Positions 19,026-26,737 of a DNA stretch of 64,000 bases are shown piece by piece. The position numbers and the translations under genes were made by a program. Source of the DNA: Eubacteriales bacterium (GTDB lineage: Bacteria; Bacillota; Clostridia; Oscillospirales; CAG-272); NCBI GenBank assembly GCA_045638805.1, contig JAZUBZ010000034.1, positions 7,458-71,457 of the forward strand, read 5' to 3'. The notes beneath the pieces were generated by a model, which saw nothing but the letters and a program-made list of their open reading frames with translations, was not told where the DNA came from and did no database searches. How positions within the stretch are numbered: position 1 is the first letter of the stretch; every line of letters begins with the position of its first letter.

Positions 19026-19251
19026 TGTTAAAATGCATCTCCGAGATAAAGTATTACAGCGAGATAAAACGACAAACGGCGGATGCCCGTAGACGCATCT
19101 CGGCACACGAAACCACACCCTCGGTCAAATGGCCGAGAGCGTGGACAAGTGCAGCACGGTAACGTCTGGCTCGGACTTCCGCCGCTATTTACATTTTATG
19201 CAATAAATACCGCTTTGAATCGGTATGCCGCAATTTTCCGTGAGAGAATTA

Positions 19252-19764
19252 TCAGAACTCGGGGAAAATGTCGGGAGTGGGTTCGGGTGCGGGCTCTTCC
19301 TCGCGAACCTTGGGGTTCTTGAGCTGAGCGTCTCCAACGTCAACGTTGTTGGGAGTGATAACGTAAGCGTTGGTAGCGATCTTCTTGATAGAACCGTCGA
19401 TGGAGTATGCAACACCGGAGAGGAAGTCGATGAGACGACGTGCAGTTTCCTTGCTTGTGTTCTCGAGGTTGAGAACAACGGTGCGCTTGTTGAGGAGGTG
19501 ATCAGCGATCTGGCAAACGCTGTCGAACTGCTGAGGCTTAACAACCTTCATTTCGAGAGCTGTACCTGTGCCGGAAAGGCTGATGCCACCCATGTTACCG
19601 CCGATAGGACCGGCATTACCCATGTTGCCGATGTTGGACTGATCCATGCCTGCACCCATATCGTCTGCAGGACCGTAATCGTCCTCAAAATTGTTGTAGT
19701 AATCGTCTTCGTAGTTATCGTCGTAGCCGCCTGCTACGTTCTTGATTCTGTCCATGAATCCCAT
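19252..19764 (-). CDS. sepF: Cell division protein SepF
   Basis: The C-terminal domain VVKPQQFDSVCQIADHLLNKRTVVLNLE....ETARRLIDFLSGVAYSIDGSIKKIATNAYVITP is a textbook SepF sequence. Confidence 0.9.
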   Translation of the reverse strand: MGFMDRIKNVAGGYDDNYEDDYYNNFEDDYGPADDMGAGMDQSNIGNMGNAGPIGGNMGGISLSGTGTALEMKVVKPQQFDSVCQIADHLLNKRTVVLNLENTSKETARRLIDFLSGVAYSIDGSIKKIATNAYVITPNNVDVGDAQLKNPKVREEEPAPEPTPDIFPEF

Positions 19765-19805
19765 AATAAGCCTCCAGATATATCTGTAATTTATATTTTT
19801 AACTG

Positions 19806-20516
19806 TTAAAGGTATGTACGCACACCGAAGATAGCACTTCCTACGCGAACCATAGTTGCGCCCTCCTCGATAGCTAAATCAAAACTGTCGCTCATACCCA
19901 TAGACAAAACAGCCTCTCTTATATTATGCGTTTTTTTTGTGAAATTGTCAATAAAAATCTTATAAGTTTCCCTAAAATATTTTCTTAAAACGCATTTTTC
20001 GACCCCGACAGGCCCCATAGTCATGATCCCGCGCAGGTCAAGGTGTGAAAAACGCTCGAATTCGTCGATCACAAAGGATGCATCCTGCGGTAGAAAACCG
20101 CTTTTGGCTTCTTCCTCAGCGCAGTTGATCTCGATGAGCACTGCCTGATGGATACCTTGTTTTTCTGCGATCCGGTCCATCTCCTCGGCAAGGCGGAGAG
20201 ACGAGATCGAGTGGATAAGGTCAGCCTTTCCCACTACGTACTTGAGCTTGTTGCTTTGCAGGTGCCCTATGAAGTGAAACTCATCAAGATGAGGTCTTAA
20301 AATGTCAAACTTGTCTCGGAACTCCTGGGCGCGGTTTTCACCTGCAAGCTTCAGACCGAGAGCATCTGCCGCAAAAATAATATCATCGGTGCATACGGTC
20401 TTGGTAGCCGCGAGAAGAGAGACTTCTTTACCGTCGCCGCGTTTTTCTGTGGCTTCGGCTATCCTTTCACGTATGCGGCGCAAATTGTCCGAAATTACTA
20501 TTTCTCTGTCGGTCAT
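19806..20516 (-). CDS. YggS/YlmE-family PLP-binding homeostasis protein
   Basis: LLAATK (PLP lysine), HFIGHLQSNK, LSMGMS.D and VRVGSAIFG motifs. Confidence 0.9.
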   Translation of the reverse strand: MTDREIVISDNLRRIRERIAEATEKRGDGKEVSLLAATKTVCTDDIIFAADALGLKLAGENRAQEFRDKFDILRPHLDEFHFIGHLQSNKLKYVVGKADLIHSISSLRLAEEMDRIAEKQGIHQAVLIEINCAEEEAKSGFLPQDASFVIDEFERFSHLDLRGIMTMGPVGVEKCVLRKYFRETYKIFIDNFTKKTHNIREAVLSMGMSDSFDLAIEEGATMVRVGSAIFGVRTYL

Positions 20517-20710
20517 TTTGCCCTCCGAAAAAAGTATCCGTAATTAAAAAAGACGGGTGGTTACTTCTTCACTGACAGTATCTTTAATAATATCTATGGA
20601 TACAGTTATTTAGTCTATTATACAATATATTGAAGAAAAAATCAATAGTAAAACAAAGAAAGGTTTAAATTGAAAGCGAAAAACGGAAGGGAAACGTATA
20701 ATTGACCGTG

Positions 20711-20746
20711 TGAAAACACGGCACGCCTCAAGCGAAGCGTGCCGTG
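20711..20746 (-). terminator. Terminator after the alpha/beta hydrolase gene
   Basis: 10-bp stem CACGGCACGC/GCGTGCCGTG, followed by TTTT on the minus strand. Confidence 0.65.
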
Positions 20747-20750
20747 AACA

Positions 20751-21584
20751 TCAGCTGTTCTTTTCTGCAAGATACTTCTCAAGGAAGTCAGCAACGGGTG
20801 TGGGATCCTCAAGACTGTGAGGATGGTGGTCACATCCGGGCTTTACTATGTAAAGGAGAGGTGCCTTTTCAGCGCCTGCCGCCTTGTAAGCATCAACGAG
20901 GATCTCCGCGTTTTCGCGGTGAGGAACGTCACGGTCAGAATCACCGACGACCATGACCACGGGGATACCGTTTTCAGCAAGCTCGGATGCACGGTCCGTC
21001 GTGTTACCTTTCCAAGAAAGAACTGTAGAACGGTCAAGTCCAAAGCACTCGAGACACTCTGCCCATTCTCTCTCAGCACCCAGACCTACTCCAAGGCCGC
21101 CGGGCCAGCTCTTGATGTCAAGAACGGGAGCGTCAAGGTAGAGAGCCGCGCATCTTTCGGGATAAGCGAGAGCGAAGTGAGTGCTGTAAAGACCGCCGCG
21201 GCTGAAGCCATAGAATGCAGTCTTCTTTGCGTATCCGAATTCTTCGGTCATAAGGCGGTAGAAGGAATCCATAAGCTTAACAGCCTCGGGACAACCGTAC
21301 ATATCGCAGATACGGTAATACATCAGAGGATATCCGCGACGGAGCATCTCCATGTCCACCCAGTCGAATCCGCAGTCAAGGAACTCTGCTCTCCATATCC
21401 ACAGGTTTCCCTTTGGCTCATGGGGGAGGATGACGTTGGCTTCGTGGCCTTTGTAATCAAAAACGTAGTGCTTGAAGCCGTAAAAGTCACGCACTTCTGC
21501 ATTTTCAAGATATTTGTTCATATCGTAAAGAATCCTTTCGTCGGTTTGATAAAAAGCGGAGGAGCCTTTTGAAAGCTCCTCCAC
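20751..21584 (-). CDS. Alpha/beta-fold hydrolase (esterase/peptidase-like)
   Basis: Nucleophile elbow GFSRGG and a late D/H pair (VGDSDRD ... GCDHHPH). The start is uncertain (GTG at 21584 without a clear RBS, or an internal ATG). Confidence 0.65.
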   Translation of the reverse strand: MEELSKGSSAFYQTDERILYDMNKYLENAEVRDFYGFKHYVFDYKGHEANVILPHEPKGNLWIWRAEFLDCGFDWVDMEMLRRGYPLMYYRICDMYGCPEAVKLMDSFYRLMTEEFGYAKKTAFYGFSRGGLYSTHFALAYPERCAALYLDAPVLDIKSWPGGLGVGLGAEREWAECLECFGLDRSTVLSWKGNTTDRASELAENGIPVVMVVGDSDRDVPHRENAEILVDAYKAAGAEKAPLLYIVKPGCDHHPHSLEDPTPVADFLEKYLAEKNS

Positions 21585-21596
21585 GGTAAAAGCAAA

Positions 21597-22175
21597 TTAG
21601 TCCTTAGCTGCGCTGGGCTTTGCACAGCCTGCAAGCTCAACCTCGCCGAGGTGCTTCAGCTCAAAGCCGTTAGCCTTGAATTCTTCGTAGTCGAAAGCTT
21701 CCATTTCATCGTAAGCGAGCTTGTGGAACTCGTAGAAGTTAGGCCACCACTCGTAGCCTGTACCCAGCTCACTTTCAACGAAGATATCAGCGATCTCGAT
21801 ACCCATGTTGTGTCCGATCCAGTGACCGCCGAGAGCGAGAACGTTTACGCCGTTACCGGTGATAGCGCGCTTTGCAGCGTGAACGCTTTCAACAACAGCG
21901 GAGTGGACGTGGGGGCACTTGGAAGCGGCGATGTGGATACCCATACCTGTACCGCAGAAGATCATAGCGCGCTCGAACTCGCCTTCAGCGATTTTAGCGC
22001 CGACCTTAAGACCGATGCGGTGGAACATTTCGGGATTCGGATCGTCAGGATCGGTAACACCGATATCAGTGATAGTCCAGCCCTTGCCCTCAAGATGCTC
22101 CTTGATTGCTTCCTTAAGATAGTAGCCTGCGATGTCAGCCGCAACGAGCAGCTGCTTGTCCTTGATTGTTTTCAT
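21597..22175 (-). CDS. RpiB/LacA/LacB-family sugar-phosphate isomerase with C-terminal extension
   Basis: FCGTGMG, plus AAKRAITGNGVNVLALGG. I prefer the ATG at 22175 (MKTIKDK, RBS AGGAAAGAAAGG) over the listed 22238. Confidence 0.7.
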   Translation of the reverse strand: MKTIKDKQLLVAADIAGYYLKEAIKEHLEGKGWTITDIGVTDPDDPNPEMFHRIGLKVGAKIAEGEFERAMIFCGTGMGIHIAASKCPHVHSAVVESVHAAKRAITGNGVNVLALGGHWIGHNMGIEIADIFVESELGTGYEWWPNFYEFHKLAYDEMEAFDYEEFKANGFELKHLGEVELAGCAKPSAAKD

Positions 22176-22311
22176 ATTACGTACCTTTCTTTCCTCGTGG
22201 GAAAATTGATTTTTTGCTTCATACTTATAGTATACCATACTTAAAGAGAGTAGTCAATTGCGAAGAGACAAGTAATTTTTTAACTTTTCAAAAAAATTAT
22301 TAAAAAAGGTA

Positions 22312-22340
22312 TTGCATTTTCGGAAAAACTGTGGTATACT
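22312..22340 (+). promoter_or_regulatory. Promoter candidate for tRNA-Ser
   Basis: TTGCAT, 17-nt spacer, TATACT preceded by TG (TGGTATACT). Confidence 0.5.
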
Positions 22341-22395
22341 ATAGCACGGTTCGAAAAAACCGTAACTGAATACCGTAAGACGGAGCAGTCACAAT

Positions 22396-22484
22396 GGAAA
22401 GGTGGCTGAGTTGGTCTAAGGCGCACGACTGGAAATCGTGTAACGGCTTATACCCGTTCGAGGGTTCGAATCCCTCCCTTTCCG
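22396..22484 (+). tRNA. tRNA-Ser (anticodon GGA), class II with long variable arm, no encoded CCA
   Basis: Acceptor GGAAAGG/CCTTTCC plus discriminator G. Anticodon arm CACGA-CTGGAAA-TCGTG. Variable arm AACGGCTTATACCCGTT. T-arm GAGGG-TTCGAAT-CCCTC. Confidence 0.9.
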
Positions 22485-22490
22485 AAAAAA

Positions 22491-22526
22491 GAAAACAGAC
22501 TCGAAAGAGTCTGTTTTCTTTTTTTT
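22491..22526 (+). terminator. Terminator after tRNA-Ser
   Basis: GAAAACAGACTC-GAAA-GAGTCTGTTTTC followed by T8. Confidence 0.85.
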
Positions 22527-22551
22527 GAAAGGATTAAACGGGATTCGAAAG
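22514..22551. repeat. Degenerate inverted copy of the tRNA-Ser 3' end (copy 1); a direct repeat of 24577-24614
   Basis: TTTTCTTTTTTTTGAAAGGATTAAACGGGATTCGAAAG. Compare the reverse complement of the tRNA 3' end plus trailer, TTTTCTTTTTTCGGAAAGGGAGGGATTCGAA. Confidence 0.8.
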
Positions 22552-22578
22552 CCGGTAGTCACATCGTGTAACGGTGAC

Positions 22579-22660
22579 CAAATGCGTGAGCATTTGCGGC
22601 GTGGATTTAGTCCGATGTTCGCACTTGCAATATCACGAGAAACTATTTACAAAAGGATGC
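22579..22660. repeat. Conserved tRNA-downstream module, copy A (hairpin + GGCGTGGATTTAGTCCGATGTTCGCACT core)
   Basis: The core 22595-22625 is identical to 49278-49308 at 30 of 31 positions. Further shared blocks are ATCACGAG and CAAAGGA. Confidence 0.8.
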
Positions 22661-22784
22661 CCATCTGTCTAAGAAATCCAGCAAAACGATACGCATCCGC
22701 ACTTGGCGGAGCCAAGTGATGGGTTCGCCGGTCCCGAACGCGCAAGCGTTCAATTCGCAGGGGCTATGAGAACGGGGTAGCGTT

Positions 22785-22816
22785 CCTTTTTCTTTTTTGG
22801 AAAGGGAGAGGGCGAG
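22785..22816. repeat. Second degenerate inverted copy of the tRNA-Ser acceptor/trailer (copy 2)
   Basis: CCTTTTTCTTTTTTGGAAAGGGAGAGGGCGAG. Its GGAAAGGGAG equals the reverse complement of the tRNA acceptor 3' strand region CTCCCTTTCC. Its flanks are shared with copy 3 at 24575-24622. Confidence 0.7.
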
Positions 22817-22852
22817 TACCTTCACGGATACTGAAAAGGAGCAATGATAACA

Positions 22853-23182
22853 TTATGAAAGAGATTGGAGATATACAGATAAAAGTTGTAGAGCAGTCTC
22901 ACGGTCTTTGGGTGAGCAGTCGCTAAGACGTGCGAAAAGCTCATCCTGTATTTGTGAGAGAGTAGGATTGTCATGTGTTAAAATCTCATTTGGGGTAATG
23001 TGAAGCGCATCGCAAATACGAAGAACTGTTTCTATACGCATATTAACGCTTCCACGTTCTATATCTGCGTATGTTCGATCAGATAACCCTGCAGCTTCAG
23101 CTACTTCAGCTTGCGTAAGACCCGCGCGTTTGCGAAAAGAGAAAAGTTTATTTCCTATTGTACGAAAATCGAAAACCAACAT
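22853..23182 (-). CDS. XRE-family (Cro/CI-type HTH) transcriptional regulator
   Basis: HTH segment LTQAEVAEAAGLSDRTYADIERG. The ATG at 23182 follows GGAGGAAG. AT-rich. Confidence 0.8.
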   Translation of the reverse strand: MLVFDFRTIGNKLFSFRKRAGLTQAEVAEAAGLSDRTYADIERGSVNMRIETVLRICDALHITPNEILTHDNPTLSQIQDELFARLSDCSPKDRETALQLLSVYLQSLS

Positions 23183-23231
23183 AATTCTTCCTCCAAATAC
23201 ATTGATATAGGAATTATACTTCAAAAATCTA

Positions 23232-23260
23232 TTGACAAATAGGAACTAAGACTGTATAAT
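23232..23260 (+). promoter_or_regulatory. Promoter candidate for the lipoprotein gene, bracketed by TAGGAAnTA operator-like repeats
   Basis: TTGACA, 17-nt spacer, TATAAT. ATAGGAATTA (23207), ATAGGAACTA (23239) and the inverted ATAGTTCCT (23271). Confidence 0.55.
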
Positions 23261-23334
23261 TAAATGAAGGATAGTTCCTGATGATGGTGGTTTTACTTAT
23301 TCTAGGATATGTGATGAAAGGAGATTTAATTCAT

Positions 23335-24294
23335 ATGACACGATTACTTGCGTTTCTTTTAGCGTTGATGATGTGCCTAACGTTTACAGCGTGTAAAGAT
23401 AAAAACAAGGATGACACGGAAGAAAAGGATGATATACATATTGAGGGGGAAATGCAATTTGATAATAAAAAAGCACCAAGCGAGGCAACTATATTAAATG
23501 ATTTAGGGGAAAAATTGTTGGACAAAAATGAGTTTGTTAACCTGACAAACGTGACTACTGTAAAAAGTTTAACAGATGATGGTTATTTTAGTGTTACTTT
23601 AGAGGTACAAGCGGCAAGTGATTACACTGATTGGGTGTATGAAGTTGAGTTAGAATATACTAAGTATGACCAAGGATGGATGTTGGATAATGCATCTTGG
23701 CTATCCGAGGAGTATACCATTGCCAGAGTACCGACTTTAGAAGTTATTACTGAACTGGCTAATAATGTGGATAAGAGTGAAGTAAACTTTGGCTCAATGT
23801 TACCGGTAAGTAATGCAACTATAGATACGGACGATACACTTGAAACCGGGATCTTGTGGTTTACTTGGTCGTTTGAAGAGGAATACCCGCACGTATACCA
23901 AACTACAGTTTGTACAACGAAATGGTCGTATGATGTACTATCGGATGAATGGAAGTGTATTCCTTATGATGAGTCGTCAGGTGAGGCTAAACTTATATAT
24001 AATGTGACTCCCAAAGATGTTGATTTTTCCGGCGAATGGACCGGAAGTGGTTTTGTTTCTACGATTATAATTGAAGATTTTTCTTGGGACGGCTTTACTG
24101 TTACTGTTGACGGAGAATCAAGTTATTATCGGTCCATATATGGTCATCCCAAAACTAGTGAAAAATCCTTTGGGTGGTTCAGTGACGGTAGTAACTATAT
24201 ACATATAAGTTCAGGTCCTAGAGGTAGTAGTATACAACTTCTCTCGATTGGGCAAAGATCAACAACTCAAATTTTCTATGGCTCCCTCGATTAA
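23335..24294 (+). CDS. Hypothetical lipoprotein
   Basis: MTRLLAFLLALMMCLTFTACKDKNK (lipobox LTFTAC), RBS AAAGGAG, AT-rich. No family recognised. Confidence 0.65.
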   Translation: MTRLLAFLLALMMCLTFTACKDKNKDDTEEKDDIHIEGEMQFDNKKAPSEATILNDLGEKLLDKNEFVNLTNVTTVKSLTDDGYFSVTLEVQAASDYTDWVYEVELEYTKYDQGWMLDNASWLSEEYTIARVPTLEVITELANNVDKSEVNFGSMLPVSNATIDTDDTLETGILWFTWSFEEEYPHVYQTTVCTTKWSYDVLSDEWKCIPYDESSGEAKLIYNVTPKDVDFSGEWTGSGFVSTIIIEDFSWDGFTVTVDGESSYYRSIYGHPKTSEKSFGWFSDGSNYIHISSGPRGSSIQLLSIGQRSTTQIFYGSLD

Positions 24295-24576
24295 GATTTT
24301 AAATTGCACAACTTTTGTTTTAATGCTACCAAGCAAATTATAAACCAAAAGGTCACACATCATTAGGAATTAGTTGAAACATAATAAAAGGCATAAAAAG
24401 GGATTGTTTTATTTCATTAAGAAATTGTAAATGCCAAGGATAACCCTACAAAAAAGCCAAGGACATTAAAAGCATTTAAATGGTGTCTTTATGTCCTTGG
24501 CTTTTTATTGATTGTGTTATATGTTTTCATCTCAAAAATTCAATATGAGACTGCCTCATGGGCTCCCAGGCTATCC

Positions 24577-24614
24577 TTTTTCTTTTTTTGAAAGGATAAA
24601 ACGGGATTCGAAAG
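24577..24614. repeat. Copy 3 of the tRNA-Ser-derived repeat (direct repeat of 22514-22551)
   Basis: TTTTTCTTTTTTTGAAAGGATAAAACGGGATTCGAAAG. The core GAAAGGATWAAACGGGATTCGAAAG has 1 mismatch to copy 1. Confidence 0.8.
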
Positions 24615-24730
24615 GGGGCGAGCCTCTTGTTATCCGTACGGCTTTATGCTACAATAAATACGTAACTCGTTTACCGCGTCTTTACCGTAAATATGTTAAA
24701 CTAAACGTGAATTTATAACCGAGGTATAAT

Positions 24731-25798
24731 ATGATCTCTAAAGCTAAGCTGTACCTTAAGGATACGGCAATAACTGTAGCAATTCTTGCTGCATCGTTTC
24801 TTCTAAGCATCGTCCTTCATAATGTATTTAATATATGGGAACAGATCACAACGCTTTTCGTTTTCGCCGTATTTCTCATATCCATGTTTACTGACGGATA
24901 TATTTTCGGTATCGTTTCCGCTTTTGCCGCGACGCTGATTATAAACTATGCCTTCACGGACCCGTACTTCCACGTGGATTTTTCTGCTACCGTCAGCTTG
25001 GTTTCTGCGGTAGTTATGGTGATACTATCGTTTCTCACAAGCACGCTGACTACAAAGCTGAAGCTTTGGCAGACGGAAAAGGCAGAGAGCGAGATGGAAA
25101 GAATGAGAGCGAATCTCCTCCGTGCAGTATCCCACGACCTGAGAACCCCGCTTACCACGATATACGGAGCAAGCTCGTCGATCATCGAAAACTACGACAA
25201 GCTGAACGACACCCAGAAGCTGCAAATGGTTCGCGGTATCAATGAAGACTCGGATTGGCTCATTCGCATGGTTGAAAATCTGCTGTCCGTCACGAGAATC
25301 GACAGCGGAAAAGTAAAAATTATAAAATCTCCCACCGTACTTGAGGAGCTGATCGACAGTGTCGTTCAAAAATTCAAAAAACGATATCCCGACGTGCCAA
25401 TAATCATCGATATCCCGGACGAGCTTATTATCATCCCTATGGACGTACTCCTTATCGAGCAGGTCATAGTAAATATATTCGAAAATTCAGTACATCACGG
25501 AACGGGCTTTTCCGGGCTGACGCTCAAGGTATTCACCCTGGAAAATAACGCCATATTCGAGCTTTCGGATGACGGATGCGGTATTCCCAAGGAAAGACTT
25601 GCCGGTATTTTCAGCGGTTATGCAAACATGAAGAGATCAGGCGCGGACACGGGGAAGAGAAACGCAGGTATCGGACTGTCCGTATGCGCTACTATAATAA
25701 AAGCTCACGGCGGTACCATAACTGCGGAAAACGCTAAAAGCGGGGGCGCCGTATTCCGCTTCAGTCTTGATATTGAAGCTGACACACACTCGTCGTGA
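24731..25798 (+). CDS. Sensor histidine kinase resembling the C-terminal half of KdpD (membrane DUF4118-like region + HisKA + HATPase)
   Basis: Four N-terminal hydrophobic helices, the H-box AVSHDLRTPLT, and G-boxes DDGCGIP / GIGLSVC. It lacks the N-terminal KdpD/Usp sensor part. Confidence 0.75.
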   Translation: MISKAKLYLKDTAITVAILAASFLLSIVLHNVFNIWEQITTLFVFAVFLISMFTDGYIFGIVSAFAATLIINYAFTDPYFHVDFSATVSLVSAVVMVILSFLTSTLTTKLKLWQTEKAESEMERMRANLLRAVSHDLRTPLTTIYGASSSIIENYDKLNDTQKLQMVRGINEDSDWLIRMVENLLSVTRIDSGKVKIIKSPTVLEELIDSVVQKFKKRYPDVPIIIDIPDELIIIPMDVLLIEQVIVNIFENSVHHGTGFSGLTLKVFTLENNAIFELSDDGCGIPKERLAGIFSGYANMKRSGADTGKRNAGIGLSVCATIIKAHGGTITAENAKSGGAVFRFSLDIEADTHSS

Positions 25799-25898
25799 CG
25801 AATTGAAATGAGTGTAGCTTGAAAGCTAAGACGGTTTAAATACCCACCGAAGCTATTTCATTAAAATTTGTGCAGGCTGAGAGTGAATGGAGATCAAA

Positions 25899-26603
25899 AT
25901 GAACAACAATAAATATAAGATATTGCTCATAGAGGACGAAGTCAATATTTCCGGATTCGTTACCGCACTCCTTGATGCGAACGGATATCAGGTGATAAAG
26001 GCTGAAAGCTGTACCATGGCGCGAACCATGTACGCATCCCACGTGCCCGATATCGTGGTTCTTGACTTAGGACTTCCCGATGAGGACGGTGCTGTTTTTC
26101 TCAGCGAAATAAGAAAAACCGATACCACACCGGTCATCGTTCTCTCGGCAAGAAGCGACGAAGCCGAAAAGGTAAAGCTGCTCGATATGGGGGCAAACGA
26201 TTACATTACGAAGCCCTTCGGATCTGCAGAGCTTCTTGCCCGAGTGAGAAGTGCGCTTCGAAACAACCGATATTGCTCGGACAAAGGAAGACTTCCCGGC
26301 GGCAGATTTCAAGCGGGTGACCTCGTTATAAATTACGATTCCCGTCAGGTGTTCATCGGGGAGTCCGAAATAAAGCTCACCCAGACGGAATATAACATCA
26401 TTGCCTTTCTGTCGGAAAACTGTGGGAAAGTAATGACCTACTCATCCATCATCAAGTCCGTTTGGCGTGAATATCCAAGCGAAGGAAACGTGAAAAAGCT
26501 TCAGGTAAATATGGCTAATATAAGAAAAAAATTCGGCGTGCGCCCGGGCGAAGCAAGTTATATCGTAAATGAACTTGGCGTGGGGTATAGAATGAAGGAT
26601 TAA
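25899..26603 (+). CDS. OmpR/KdpE-like response regulator
   Basis: KILLIEDE, VLDLGLPDEDG and ITKPF receiver motifs. C-terminal winged helix (LTQTEYNIIAFL...GVGYRM). Confidence 0.85.
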   Translation: MNNNKYKILLIEDEVNISGFVTALLDANGYQVIKAESCTMARTMYASHVPDIVVLDLGLPDEDGAVFLSEIRKTDTTPVIVLSARSDEAEKVKLLDMGANDYITKPFGSAELLARVRSALRNNRYCSDKGRLPGGRFQAGDLVINYDSRQVFIGESEIKLTQTEYNIIAFLSENCGKVMTYSSIIKSVWREYPSEGNVKKLQVNMANIRKKFGVRPGEASYIVNELGVGYRMKD

Positions 26604-26609
26604 AGAGAA

Positions 26610-26646
26610 AAACGAACCGCATTGTCAGTACGGTTCGTTTTTTCTC
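26610..26646 (+). terminator. Terminator after the two-component pair
   Basis: AAACGAACCG ... CGGTTCGTTT followed by TTTCTC. Confidence 0.75.
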
Positions 26647-26737
26647 TTTACCGCATCTTTACTGAATTTGTGATATTATCTCTTTTGAATGGTTATAATC
26701 ATTCACATGTTTTTACTTTGAAAGGAGACGTATAAAA

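Noticed and set aside
19083-19322. 79-aa plus-strand ORF in the sepF-yggT gap
   Set aside because: It is Arg/Gly/Pro-rich, overlaps the sepF 3' end on the opposite strand, and has no RBS. The region is better explained as structured non-coding sequence.
20817-22244. 251-aa and 197-aa plus-strand ORFs antisense to the hydrolase and rpiB genes
   Set aside because: Both are shadow frames of well-supported minus-strand genes, with no RBS and no motifs.
22525-22719. Short ORFs crossing the two tRNA-downstream modules (22525-22719 and 49130-49408) that share the peptide RRG.SPMFAL
   Set aside because: The shared peptide only reflects the conserved nucleotide core. Differences between the copies are not synonymous-biased, there is no RBS, the reading frames diverge immediately outside the core, and one ORF runs through the tRNA gene itself.
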